From assembly GCA_026770705.1 (NCBI GenBank), contig JANJGN010000034.1, positions 4,898,001-4,962,000 on the forward strand: a stretch of 64,000 bases of DNA. The letters are read 5' to 3'. The DNA comes from Isurus oxyrinchus. Lineage: Eukaryota. A program made the position numbers and the translations under genes. Below, piece after piece: positions 51,012-63,790 of this stretch; the first letter of the stretch is position 1; each line of letters starts with the position of its first letter. Below the pieces are notes generated by a model, which worked only from the letters and a program-made list of their open reading frames with translations, was not told the DNA's origin and did not search any database.

Positions 51012-53250
51012 TCTCCTACCTATCCCTGGACCATGACGCCACTGCTGAACATCAAGCCACTTTTTCCATGACTATCACTGACCTCATCTCCTCAAGAAAT
51101 CTTCGTTCCACAGCTTCCAAACTAAGAGTTGCCCAACCTCGGATGGCCCGCTTCTATCTCCTACCCAAAATCCACAAAGAGAATTGCCCCAGTGGACAGT
51201 TCATGTCAGCATGCACCTGTCCCACTGAACTCATTTCTCGTTATCTTGACTCCTTTCTCTCTCCCCTTGTCCAGTCCCTTCCCACCTACATCCTTAGTTC
51301 CTCTGACACCTTACGTCACATCAACAATTTCCAGTTCCCTAGCCCCAAATGCTTCCACTTCACCATGGACGTACAATGCCTCTACATCTCCATCCCCCAG
51401 CAGGATGGTATGAGGGCCCTTAGCTTCTTCATCGAACAGAGGCCCGAACCATTCCCATCCAGCACTACTCTCCTCCATCTGGCTGAACTTGTTCTCAAAC
51501 TGAACACTTTCTCTTTCAACTCCTCTCAGTTTCTCCAAATAAAAGGTGTGGTATGGTTACCCGCATGGGCCCCAGCTGTACCTGCCTCTTCAATCGGTAT
51601 GTGGAAAATTCCTTGGACCAGTGCTACTCCAGCCCCCTTCCACAACTCTTTATCTGGTACATCGATGATTACTTTGTTGCTGCTTCATGCTCTCATCGAG
51701 ACCTGCAAAAATCTAATAATTTTGCTTCCAATCTCCACCCATCCAACATTTTCACATGGTCCATCTCTGACATTTTTCTTCCCTTCCTTGATCTCTCTGT
51801 CTCAATTTCTGGTGATAGACTGTCCACCAATATCTATTACAAGCCTACCGACTCCCACAGCTACCTCAACTACAGGTCCGCTCATCCCGCTTCCTTTAAG
51901 GACTCCATCCGATTCTCTCAATACCTTCGCCTCCATCGCATCTGTTCTGATGATGATAACTTCAATAACAGTTCCACTGACATGCCCTACTCTTACTCAA
52001 CAGAGATTTTCCACCCACGGTCATTGACATTGTCCTCCTTCGTGTCCAGACCATCTCCCGCACATCCACCCTTATGTATTCTCCTCCCTCCCAGAAACAT
52101 GATAGGGTCCCCCTTGTCCTCACTTATCACCCCAACAGCTTCGACATTCAAAGGACCATCCTTTGCCATTTCGGCCAACTCAAGCATGATGCCTCAACCA
52201 AACACATCTTCCCTTCCCCCCCCCACCCCCCATGGCGGCATTCCGTAGGGATCATTACATCCAGGACACCCTGGTCCACTCATCCATTACCCCCTATTCC
52301 TCAAAACCACCTGTGCCACCACCCCATGCACACTCAAAAGATGCAACACCTGCCCCTTCACTTCCTCTGTCCTCAGCGTCCAAGGGCCCCAACTCTCCTT
52401 TCAAGTGAAGCAACATTTCAGTTGTATTTCCCCCAAATTAGTCTACTGCATTTGTTGCTCCCAATGTAGTGTCCTCTACATTGGAGAGACCAAACGTAAA
52501 CTGGGCGACCACTTTGCGTAACACCAGTGGTTTGTCCACAAGAATGACACAAACCTCCCTGTTGCTTGCCATTTTAACACTCCACACTGCTCTCTTGTCC
52601 ACATGCCTGTGCTTGGCTTGCTGCATTGTTCCACTGAAGCCCAAAGTAAGGTGAAGGAACAGAACCTCGTCTTCTGACTTGGCACTTTGCAGCCTTCTGT
52701 ACTGAATATTGATTTCAACAACTTTAGGTCTTGAATTCACTCCTCCATTCCAATCCCCTTTCTATTTCTTCACCCTTCCCTTTTTTACTAATCATTTATA
52801 TGGATTTTCCTTTCCCACGTATGTCTATTATTTTTAAAAATGTTATGCACTGCTAGTCTTCCACCCAACCTCCACTAGAGTTGTTCCTTGAGTCCCCTAC
52901 CATCTATTCTTAATTAGCACATTCGTTCTGATAACATCACCACCTTCAACAACTCTGTGTTCTTTTGTTCTTTTGTCTGTGACTTCTTTTGATTATCTGC
53001 TCCTATCACTGCTTGCTTGTCACTACAACCACACCACCCCCACCCCCACTTCTCTCCCCCCACACAACCTCCCCTCCACCTTAAACCAGCTTATATTGCA
53101 CCCCTCTCCTTATATTCACTCAGTTCTGTTGAAGTGTCATGAGCACTAGAAACATCAACTCTTTTCTTCTCCACCGATGCTGCCAGACCTGCTGAGTTTT
53201 TCTAGGTAATTCTGTTGTTGGTTTGGATTTCCAGCATCTGCAGTTTGTTG
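51012..53250 (+). mobile_element. Penelope-like retroelement, 5'-truncated (RT + GIY-YIG), frameshifted; inserted in an older minus-strand LINE
   Basis: RFYLLPKIHK, FTMDVQCLY, MGPS, WYIDDY, FLDLSV, IYYKPTDSHSYL; VYCICCSQCSVLYIGETKRKLGDHF. Confidence 0.92.
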
Positions 53251-55139
53251 TTATCATAGTTTTTTCCGTGACTCATGAACCACCCTTCTAAGATCTCTTG
53301 CCATATTCAATGACTTATGCACCAGTTCAACCAGGTCCCTCTGCTCAATCGGAGTTCTGCACTTTATTTTACGTGATGTGTCACTTTACGCAATTATTAC
53401 TAAATCGATCACAACTTTTCTTTTTTTTGCTTTCTGCTTCGGATTTCATCTGCCACTTGTCCGTCCATTCTACCAGCTGGCCAATGCCATCCTATACTAT
53501 CATGCTGAGAGTTCGCAATTATTTCATGTTTGATATCACACCTAGATTTGGTAAATGCTTCCTGTAATCCAAGCTGTAATCCACTAAGATATTTCAATTA
53601 AACAATATTTCCCAACACCAGCCGCTATGAATCTAATCGGCCAAATTTCCTCCATTCCTAAAAATAATACATTAACCACTGCTCTCTGTTTTTTGGTGAT
53701 CGAACTATTTACAATACTTATTGTTGATGCCTGCAGCATTCCCTGAGTTATAGATTTGTTCTCAATTGTGTTCTGAAATACTGCCATCTGATACATTTTG
53801 GAAAGTTTTATAAACCCTCTCTTGCCACGTCAAAGTCAGTCGAACAATTTGACTCAAGGCGATTTGTTTTTGATTTTAAACATCCATTCTGTTTTTTTTT
53901 TCTTTTTTTTTTCTTTTTGATTCATTACTCCACTTTCCCCTGAGGTCTAGTTAATTTTCCAACATTACTGTTTGTGATAGCTACTCGACGAGGCACTTAA
54001 GCTGCCAGCTTCTTATTTATCATATTTAACTTTGCACAGTTATTGAACAGATGTGTAATAATTTCAATTATCCGGTTGTCTGGCGCTACCCTGAGTCTGA
54101 GGAATAGTGGAAAGTAATAGCCACCGCCTCCAAAATTAATAGTCCCACAACCTACAGTTAGCTTGAATGCATTTCATCCAGTCGCGGTGCATAGTCATCT
54201 TTGCATAAAGGCACCCTCTTGAGTAACTTCTCTTTAACAGCTTTTTAATAACTTCGACTGTATGATTTGCCTCCTCTTTCAGCATGTCCTTGAATGAATA
54301 CTCTTCCTTGGAATGGCGGTTACAGGGAAAAAACCCTTTATAATATCACCTCCGAAACTTCAAATGTCATGCTATCTGCGGTCTAAGCACTTTTCGATAT
54401 GGGACAAGATCTTATTGGTATCTTTAAACTGTATTCCTATAGACAAAACAGTTGTTTGTTTTTTAAATGGAAGTGTTAGCCACTCACACTGCCTGAGGGA
54501 TAATTAAAATCTAGAACTTCGACTCATGGTTTCCTGCTCATCTAAGCTCGCTACGTTCAAGTAACTTGTGCGTTTCATGTTGTTTTTTTGCCAAAATATA
54601 AAACATTTAATATAACCGTACTGTTTCCCATTTTAAATTTATTGGTCTGTTTGCTATTCCTACACTGAATTGTTATATTACTTCCAATGTCGACTCTCCG
54701 TTTGCCAGTTCCATGACATCCACCTTCCCAATCCATTTTTGGAGCAAATGTTTAATCATCCGTTTTGAGTCAACTGCCAGTGTAACTTTTTTTTTTTCAT
54801 TCGTCCATGCTATGTGTTGGTAAGCTGCTTTCTTGAACCGCTAAAGTCCATGTGGTGTAGGTAAACCCATCTGTTAGTTGCAAAGTCCTAGTGTGATTCA
54901 CCCTTACATTTAAACAGATTTCAATCTCTTGTCGAGTGTATATGCTGTTATCCGTGCAACCAGAGACTTGTGCATTTAAAGTTATAAAACAAGCACATAA
55001 AGTTTAATAAGGCTCAGCAGCTATTTACATGTTAGACGTTAGAAGCTTTCAACGCAACTCATCTCTATTAGAGACATCAATTCTATGATTACTTTGAAGA
55101 TTTGCACTTTCCTAAAGTCGTGTAATTTTTGAATTTCAG

Positions 55140-55169
55140 GCAAAAAGTCGTGTTCTTTTCTGGAAGCAG
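55140..55169 (+). CDS. Micro-exon 15 (30 nt); (G)KKSCSFLEA
   Basis: tttttgaatttcag|GCAAAAAG...GGAAGCAG|gtaact. Confidence 0.65.
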
Positions 55170-55599
55170 GTAACTAACGTTAACTTTGGCTTTTCAATAG
55201 GATTTACTGGCTACGATGATAATTGTTGGACACATGACAACAAGCAAAAGGCCTCCTATGGCTGCCAAGTCATTGGGAATGGGTCCTCATCTTAACTCTA
55301 TAACAATCGAATTGAGGCCCTAAAAAACGGACCATTTGCTGTGGAAGAGTGCATTGATCAATCCATGCATCAATCCATGCACTAAATAGTTGTTTTATGT
55401 AGAATTACATCAATGCAAAATTATTTTTTATATTCAGAGACCAAATGTAAAGTTTCACTGTGTTAACTTAATTGCACTGGGAACGATGTAAACACCAAAT
55501 ATTATGTTGCTGAGGCTTTTCAGGAAAATAACTAATACTGTCTTTCAGAAATAACATTATCAGGTGATCGATAGGGGAAGGCGCGCCCTGACATACATC

Positions 55600-56575
55600 T
55601 AACCTAATAACGTAAGAGCAGGAGTAGGCAATTGAGCCCAGCGAGCCTGCTCTGCCATGCATTACGAGTGTGACTGACCTACTTTCGGCCTCAACTCAAA
55701 TTTCCTGCCCTCTCCCTACAACCTTTCAACCCATTATTTATTAAAAATCTGTCTATCTCCTCATTAAATTTATTCATCAGACCAGCATCCACTGCTTTCT
55801 GAGGTATTGAATTCCATACATTCACGACCCTTTGAGAAAAGTAATTTCTCCTCATTTCTGATTTAAATCTACCACTCCGTAGACAAAAACTATGGCCTCT
55901 AGGTCTAAAATGCACCAGCAGTGGAAACATCCCCTCCACGTCAACTTTGTCTGTTCTGTTTAGCATCTTATATACCTCAATTAGATCTTCTCTTATTCTT
56001 CTAAACTCTAGCGAATATAGACGTAAAGTGCTCAACCTCTCCTCATAAGACTCGCCCCACAACGCTAGACTCAATCTGATGAACCTCGTCTGAACCGCCT
56101 CCAGTGTAACTACATAATGCCTCAAGTAAGGATACCAAAACTGTGCACAGTACTCCAGGTGCGGTCTCACCAATGCCTTCTACAGATGCAACAACACTTC
56201 CCTATTTCCATACTCTATTCCTTTAGGCAAAAAATGGCAACATTCCATTTGCCTTTCTTATTACCTGCTGTACCTGTATACTAGGTGCCAGCGATTCATG
56301 CCCTAGGACAGCCAGATCCCCCTGCATTGAAGCATTCTGTTTTTTTCTCTCCTTTTAAATAATAAGACACCCTTTTATCCTTCTGATCAAAGTGGGTACC
56401 CTCACATTTATCCACGTTAAACTCCACACACCAATTTTTGGACCATTCACCTTACCTCTCCATATCCATTTGCAAATTTCTTGTTTCTTCATTACAAGTT
56501 ACTTTCCCACCTATTTTGCTGCCATCTGCAAAAGCAGCTTTAGTACAATCTATCCATGAATCCAAGTCATCCATA
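55600..56575 (-). mobile_element. CR1-like LINE 3' fragment
   Basis: ORF 55691..56173 VRPHLEYCAQFW...LYSLEFRRIREDLIEVYK...FSQRVVNVWNS. Confidence 0.92.
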
Positions 56576-57335
56576 GGGGTTGTGTATAATGACGGAAACA
56601 ATGATAATGCACGACCCTATTTTAAAGAATAATGTACGAAATTTCTTGGGAATTTGCTAATATTCTCTAAGACAATAGTTATCTTCTTCAGTGCTTGGTA
56701 GTACATTGCTGCCTTTTGGAAAAAGCCAGAGTATTTCGCTGTCACCTCTCTTTGTTTTTAAAAGAAAACAATTGCAATTTAACTGACGTCAGATGGTTTA
56801 CAAGTCCATTTAAGATTCAGGATTGCTACTTTATTGTGTCAGTTTCCTTACTAAGTTTCACACTCGTAATAAAACCAGTTTTATCCGAGTTAGCAGTGTA
56901 CTGTCCACACATTTGACGTTGTGCATCAACCATACGGCAAATCTTTTTTTTTTTTCCATTTTGCCCTCTCTATTCCAGACATACAATTATTGAATAAAAC
57001 CATCCGGGGACATGGTGAGTAGCAATTGCATGAGATCACTATCCGTTTTATGAAATAGAAAATGAACATGTTTCCCAATGCAGATACGAAATATGTCATA
57101 TTGATTAGATTTTTTGACCTTGACGTGCAATGCACAATAGATTTAAGATCTCATCCATTGTCACGCATGTAACGTATCATTCTGCACAGGGACAAGCCTT
57201 ATGACAAAAAAGAACGGTAAGCATTAGACTTTCAAAGCACATGGACGTTTTTACGTCAAGAGAAGTCGCTTATATTTGTAAAATATAATTCCAAATCATG
57301 TAGAATAACATTGCAACTCACTGTATTAATTTCAG

Positions 57336-57362
57336 AACTGAGGAAATTTGAAATTCATGTAG
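57336..57362 (+). CDS. Micro-exon 16 (27 nt); (E)LRKFEIHV
   Basis: taatttcag|AACTGAGGAAATTTGAAATTCATGTAG|gtaagt; begins AACTGA like exons 2 and 11. Confidence 0.78.
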
Positions 57363-58263
57363 GTAAGTGGCCTATTCTGAAATGAATCAACTGGCAACGG
57401 ATACCAGTTCCCGTGCACGATTGTGCATTTCAAATTTCAAGCACGGAAAGTAGAAGCACTCAAATAAATTCGTCACATGATTGTCTGTGGGATATAATTA
57501 ACCAGCCTTTTGGCATGAAGTAACACTGGACTGATCAGCAGTCACCGTTATTAGTAAAAATGTTCATGCAGCATATTCTGAAGATCGAATAGATGCAGCA
57601 GTGGGCACAAATCATGCAATTCCTTTCAACTTTGTCATGATCCTGCAAATGCTTCAGGAGAACATGTTTAGTGCAACTTATTCGGCATTTAAATCCTTAA
57701 AAAAATAAAGGTATATTAAAACAATCCACATTCATTTGCTGGACCTGAAGGAGATTTGAGGACTAGCACTTCCTTGCATAGACTGTCAAGTCGTTCCTTC
57801 TCCTTCAACAGGAAATGCTAGAAGATCATTTTTCGAGGTGTTTTAAAATCATAAAACGTTTTAATGATCAAACATTTCCAATCGCTTCACTTTCGTGAAA
57901 TGTATACACATTCAAAGTTATTGCCAGAAGCAGCACCTGTGGAATAAATAATGGTTTACTCAAAGTTCGTTATACCTTTGGAATGCACTGCCGCATAATG
58001 CACTGAATACAGCTCTGACCGTCACTTTCACTAAAGGATGGCATGATTTTATGTTGTGTGCAAGGTCAATACGTCTAGAACACCACAGTAAAAAAAACAT
58101 ATCTACATAAACGTAAATGAACTTCAAAAGATTTCAAAAGCTACAATATCATCTCCAATATTTTATATGCAATCAGCGAACACCTGCATACGCACTCAGT
58201 AACATTTCTTCAGATTTAGCTGTTTATTTTATGTCAGCTGCAAATAGCTTTACATACTATTAT

Positions 58264-58294
<31 letters not shown>

Positions 58295-60343
58295 ATCGCT
58301 CAGTTCACTGGCTATGTCAATGACATGCTACTTTCACATTTACTTTCTCGATTGGTGCATGGATTTCGGATGAAAGCAACATTCAAAAACACTTTCTGCC
58401 CTAGTTTTGCGTGTGCCATGCTGATCAACTATCATGGTGAATAAGTTCAGATGTAAGAAATTGATATCAAGGCATGTTGTGTGTTTTGGTAAAAGAATTG
58501 TCGATATGACTGTGGAAGTTAATCTACTTCCCTGCTCACCACCAATAATTCATTACTCTCTTGCAGCAGGCAGGTTTATTTAATTAAGACATAAAAGTAT
58601 TCAATTACAAACCATCCACTGGTCAGCGGGAGATCATTTCATCTACTACGAGCCAACCGAAAGTCAAGTTCCTCCTCACCTTTGCCTTAAGTGGGAGAGA
58701 CCCTATTTGTAAATCGAGTCTCGTGTGTTTCCTCACCAAATAAGCTGAAAATCCGACGGGCATTAGTAAATGTAATGATTAGACAAGAGTTCGTTCTCCG
58801 CTGGACATACAAAACAGGTTATTACCCTTTGGTTTACAAACCTTAGCAATTTTTAACATCAACAACTAAGGAAAAACAAAAAGGAGAAAACTTTTGTACT
58901 AATCATTATTCCTGAATTGTAGATTTGCTTATCCCTTGTATTCGTTGTTCTCACCCATGTAATCTTCATGTCTGATTACCATTGTGTAGCTGCATGCGTG
59001 GTCTTCAAAGAGTGTAGCCTTTATGGTTAAGAACTAGCCTCCAAGTGAATTTCCGAGTTGCAGAGCTGTTGATTCTGAAACAGTGCAATTATCACAATGT
59101 TTGTTCAACTTTATCTTGCCTTGGTCTTGTTAGTGGAATTAAAGACGCCTTCAATATCACCCTGTTGTCATTTATACAGGAGAGTTCATGGAAAAAGGCC
59201 TTGCCCAGTTGATGAATTTCATTGTGCAATGTTTCAATGACGAAACAATGAGAAAAAATATTTTAAAGCGATACCCAATTCGCTCCACTGCCATCCTAGA
59301 TTTCCAGAGCCATTGACATATTTACATTTCAATGTCCTTTCGAAGTTTATTGCTGGTTCAACTTTGACCGCAGGTCTAGGCAGTGTACATCTCCGAGAGA
59401 GAAGGGCCTTTGCAATCAAGGTTAAGAATGCATATTGGCTTCAATCATGAACAGGTCATTCAGCCTTCGAATCAGATATCCCATTGCATCGTTATTAGGT
59501 CAATTCGCTGTTTTTGTTCTTCAAATGACTATAAAATTCTTAACTGAACTTTACTATTAAATATGCATTAGTAAAATATGAGGCAGCAAATTCTGAATAC
59601 AAGCCAAGCATTGCTTGAATTTCACTATTTCCTCATCTTGCTGTTGAACTTCCGTGCACATTTTTAAATCTGTACATAATGCCCGGGGATCCTTCAGCGA
59701 TATGAAACCATTTGTTTATCAAAAACGCTTCATGATTTTTATAAACACTTTGATTAGTTCTCCTTCTAGTCTTCTCTGCTACACAAATGAAAACACGATT
59801 GGTGGTCAATCCAGGGGAGTGTAAGCTCCCAAATTTCCTTCAGGTCTAGCAAATATAAATCGCATTATGATTATATCTTTATTTTGTTCCTAACGTCATT
59901 ATGCCTTGAGCGTAATGGGCAAAATTTTATGTCGGCGGGATCTTAAAGTATAAATCTCAATGGACTTAAAATATGGTGCAGTAAAATTCCACCAATATAG
60001 AATCTGAGTTCGAACTGTTCTTAAATATGTTTCCCAATACTTGCACACCATTTAAAAAGGGTGAAATAGATCTTCTCTCCCCATCCTTCTGCCTGAAACG
60101 GTTTATTTCTCGTTTTTTCCTGCTTTAATTTTCAACTGCCATATACCAATTCCACCATGCTCCTTATAGTATCTTGAAGAATAGTAATAACGACAGTCTG
60201 TTTATAACACTTCCATTTTTTTCCTTTCATATGCAAATGAAATGTCGTGCTTGGCCAAAAACCGTAACAACAAGGCCTCTTGGAGCAGCTTTTTTTAAAC
60301 TTGCATTCACTTAAAAAAAAATAGCCTTCCAATCGAACTTTCA

Positions 60344-60965
60344 GGGCAGAATTTAGCCCATGGTTGTGAGCGGGCCCCATTGCTGTAATGTTGACCTGGG
60401 CCATTTTGAAGGGAAGGACCATAATTGGCCCTCAACGCAGCCTGCGCGACTGTGTGGGGGTGGGGTGGCTGGGTGGTGGGGTGGTGGTAGAGGGAATCCC
60501 CAACTGTTGAAAGAGCGCGCTGCTCCATGAAGCACAGTGCTGAGTTTACTGACAGGTAAGTAAAGTCAGAGAAATTAGAAAATTATTGGCATGGCCCTCC
60601 CGTGTGATAATATTGGAAGAGATGGGACATGTTTTAAGAAACGCAAAAAAAACATATTTTATGTAATAATTACATGAAACTTCATCCGCCAGTGGATGAA
60701 TTTTCATGAATAATCTCGCTTCCCCTGGAGATCCTGACCTGCCCGTCAGCATTAATCCTTGACAGTCAGGGTGTCTAAAAACGTCAATGGGCTTAATTGG
60801 CGATTTGCAGGCCAGCGGGTGGACAGCTAATTTAGTTGTCCGCCGGCTTCCCTGAAGATTTAAATGGACGGGCTGATATCGGGGCGTTCCTGATGTCATC
60901 CACCGTCATTTTCCCATCGGCGAGCAGGCCTTGTCCCCAAATCACCGTGCAGAAAATCCTGGCCA
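60344..60965. mobile_element. Putative non-autonomous DNA transposon (MITE-like)
   Basis: Imperfect terminal inverted ends gggcagaattt / gaaaatcctggcc; GC-richer interior without ORF. Confidence 0.5.
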
Positions 60966-61344
60966 GTCTTCTATTTAATAGCCAATTTTGAATCCATGCG
61001 TTTACAGCGTTTTGTTTGTGCCCTGGTCTCCAGTTTTCCAAACAAGCCAAATCTGCAGTGCTTTATTAAAAGTGCACGTACACATGATGAAATACACCAA
61101 CGAGAGGGAAAAAAAATATCGTGTTAGTTCAACATGACTTTCGCTAAACAATAACTCATTTCTGACAGCTGCATGCAAATTCCAGTTTTTTTTGACTCTT
61201 CATTATTAACGATAAAAAAATTACGAGCATTATTTTTCTATCCATCGCGAACTATTTGTAAAATCAATTAAAGTATTTTAGAGATTTAAAATACCTGATG
61301 GTAATCTTGACAGTAAATGACCCATTTACATTTGACGTTGACAG

Positions 61345-61371
61345 AAAGGCAAATCAGTGCAACAAACAAAG
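61345..61371 (+). CDS. Micro-exon 17 (27 nt); (E)RQISATNK
   Basis: tttgacgttgacag|AAAGGCAAATCAGTGCAACAAACAAAG|gtattt; resembles exon 6. Confidence 0.6.
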
Positions 61372-61820
61372 GTATTTTTATTATTCCTATTTTAGACATA
61401 AACAGCAATGCCCCGAACATAAGCCTCCACGTTTTTTTTTTTGCGATTTGAAGACTGGTTGATAAATATTTGAATATGATGATCTTTAATTAGAATAAAT
61501 TAATATCAAATAAAGACAAGAACGAGAAAACAAGAAAAGTTATTTAGAGAGATGAAGAAGCTGGGAGTTTTCTCTTCAGTACACCGTCCTGGAACAGGCT
61601 ACATAATTGACCCTATTTCAGTTCAGAATGTCCTAAGCAATTTCCGTAATTAAAAATAAAATTGCTTAATCCTTTGCAACTTGGCCTCATTCAGGGATAC
61701 TCAGTTAAATCAATTTTTCATGAAGCGATATCACGCTCCAGGCTGAAATTCAACAAGGAAATCCAATCCTTCTGTTAGTATTTCACAATCATACCTGCAG
61801 AATATTGCTATTTTAATCAG

Positions 61821-61876
61821 GGAAATATCAATCGGCGTTCATTTCATACAACGGCGGGAAGAAGCAAGATGAGTAG
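61821..61876 (+). CDS. Candidate terminal coding exon; (G)KYQSAFISYNGGKKQDE*
   Basis: ctattttaatcag acceptor; phase-1 frame open to tandem TAG TAA (61874-61879); AATAAA at 61943-61948. Confidence 0.4.
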
Positions 61877-62449
61877 TAACCCAATATTGCGGCTTATAAA
61901 ATTTTAGTTGATCGAGTCACAGAATTATACAACATGTGCTGCAATAAATGCATAAATCCTTTGCTGCTGTACGAAGGAACTATTAAATACCCTCATTCCA
62001 TTCGCTTTTGACAAGTGGCCCAACAGATTTATGGATCTGCTTAGATAATTCGTTGTTGAAACTTAATATTGTGCCTTTAGCCCACTGCCACCCCGAACCA
62101 CAACACCAAAACTGCCACCAACTTTAACATCTCTGCATTCCACATGATATTAGGTCTCCAATTAGTCCATTTTTTGTTTCCTACTCGCCCAATATAAACC
62201 TACCCAAGAAAATAACAATATGAAATGCATGTGCATCCCTCAGTTATGTAATTCCCCTGCGATTGCTGAAGAACTGTATTCCCCTCAAACTCTGTATAAC
62301 TCAGTTGATAATTTCGAAAAACGTAATTTAATGTCCCTTTGACATTCTCTAGCTATGAAAACACAGAATGAATTGAAAAATCGTGGACATTTAATCCATC
62401 CTGCCTGAGCCTTATTAATTAGAAAACCAAAAGAAATAAAAAAAGTCCC

Positions 62450-63545
62450 TCATTGTAAAACTCGCTTTTCAGCATGTGGTCCCCAACATTGCGGATTTGA
62501 TCTGTTTAGGACTAGGTCCAGGGACCTTTGCAATGATATGCTGAGCGACTCTGCCATAACCAAAAATATGGACAATGATTTGAAAATGCCCTCCAACCCA
62601 CCAACCCTTCTACCAATCATCATGAATCTCTGATTCTGGGTAATTGTCTCCTTAGCTCTGGGAAACAGTTCACCCCTGTCCACCCTGCAAAGGAACCTCC
62701 TATTCACAAGACCTCAATATCATCACCCAAAGCCTCCTCGCTTGTGCAAAAAAAAAAAAACAACGAAGACAATGCATTCTTACTACATTGTTGCGATTTC
62801 AAAGCTCTGGAAACACGGTTATACATCTCCCCCAAAGTCTCTCTGAAACCAAATTTCCTTGTTGTACTTTGGCGAACAGAGCAGCGCACAAAATTCTAGC
62901 TGTGCCTGAGCAGCATTTTATACGTTTCCAGTACTAAATCCCTGCTTGTATAGTCAACGCTTCGACCAACGAAAATATTTAGCATGGTTTCTTTACCACC
63001 TCATGCACCTGTCCTAAAATTTTATGGGACAGACGGAAATGTACTCCACGGCCTCTCATTTTCTCTACACATCTTCTGTATATTGAATATGCTCCTGCAC
63101 TGCTTACCCTCCACAATGCGTTACCTCTTTTGATTCATGGATTGAATTGCATTTGCTTTTTCGCCACCCACTTAAACAAACCATTTATATAATTCTGGAG
63201 ATAACAGATGCCCCTTTCAATATCAACTGCACGGCCATTTTTTTTGTGATACAAGCACATTTCCTTATCCTGCCTCCGACATGCATGCCGAAATCATTCG
63301 TATGTAAGAAAAAAACAGAAACTACTTTCCTTTCCAAAGAAATATTCCCATCATTAACCTTTGTTTTCGTTGGGGAGGCAAATTTCGAACTTACTAACTA
63401 GTTTCTCCCTTTGGAATTTCACTTCTCTGTTTAGCCTGCTATTTAGGACCTCGTCAAATGGCTTTCTAAAATCCACAAGGGCAATAATCAATGCAATTTT
63501 AGCATAAATCAACGTAGTCACCTTTTTAAAAAATCGATTCAGTTA
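62450..63545 (-). mobile_element. Decayed CR1-like LINE fragment
   Basis: RVDRGELFP and related CR1 3' ORF2 remnants. Confidence 0.6.
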
Positions 63546-63599
63546 GTGACGCAGTTTTCTGTAAAGAAAACCGTGCATACTGCCCTAGCCGAAGAAAAA

Positions 63600-63790
63600 C
63601 AATCGTGAAATAATAGAAACTAAGCGCTGGAAATGTGCAGCAGGTTTGCAAGCATCTGTACAGAAAGAAATTGATATCGAAGCAAACTTCTGTTGAAGAG
63701 TCAACTTGAATTAAACTCTCTTTCTTCCTGACGAACTGCTGCCAGACTGTGCTGAGTTGTGTTCAATATCGGATCTTCAGCGTTCAGTAT
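63600..63790. repeat. Penelope-terminus-derived hairpin fragment
   Basis: agcaggtttgcaagcatctgt ... ctgctgccagactgtgctgag, inverted arrangement as at 861-1010. Confidence 0.55.

Noticed and set aside
50984-52027. Longest ORF (347 aa) as a host gene
   Set aside because: It is frameshifted Penelope RT; the true frame continues in ORF 51553..52248.
55438-55461. Possible 24-nt micro-exon (ETKCKVSL)
   Set aside because: Weak donor gttaac, and joining to the next exon would create TAA.
53-63401. Most 60-150 aa ORFs in the ORF track
   Set aside because: No recognisable motifs; many are antisense or shadow frames of transposon remnants or low-complexity sequence.
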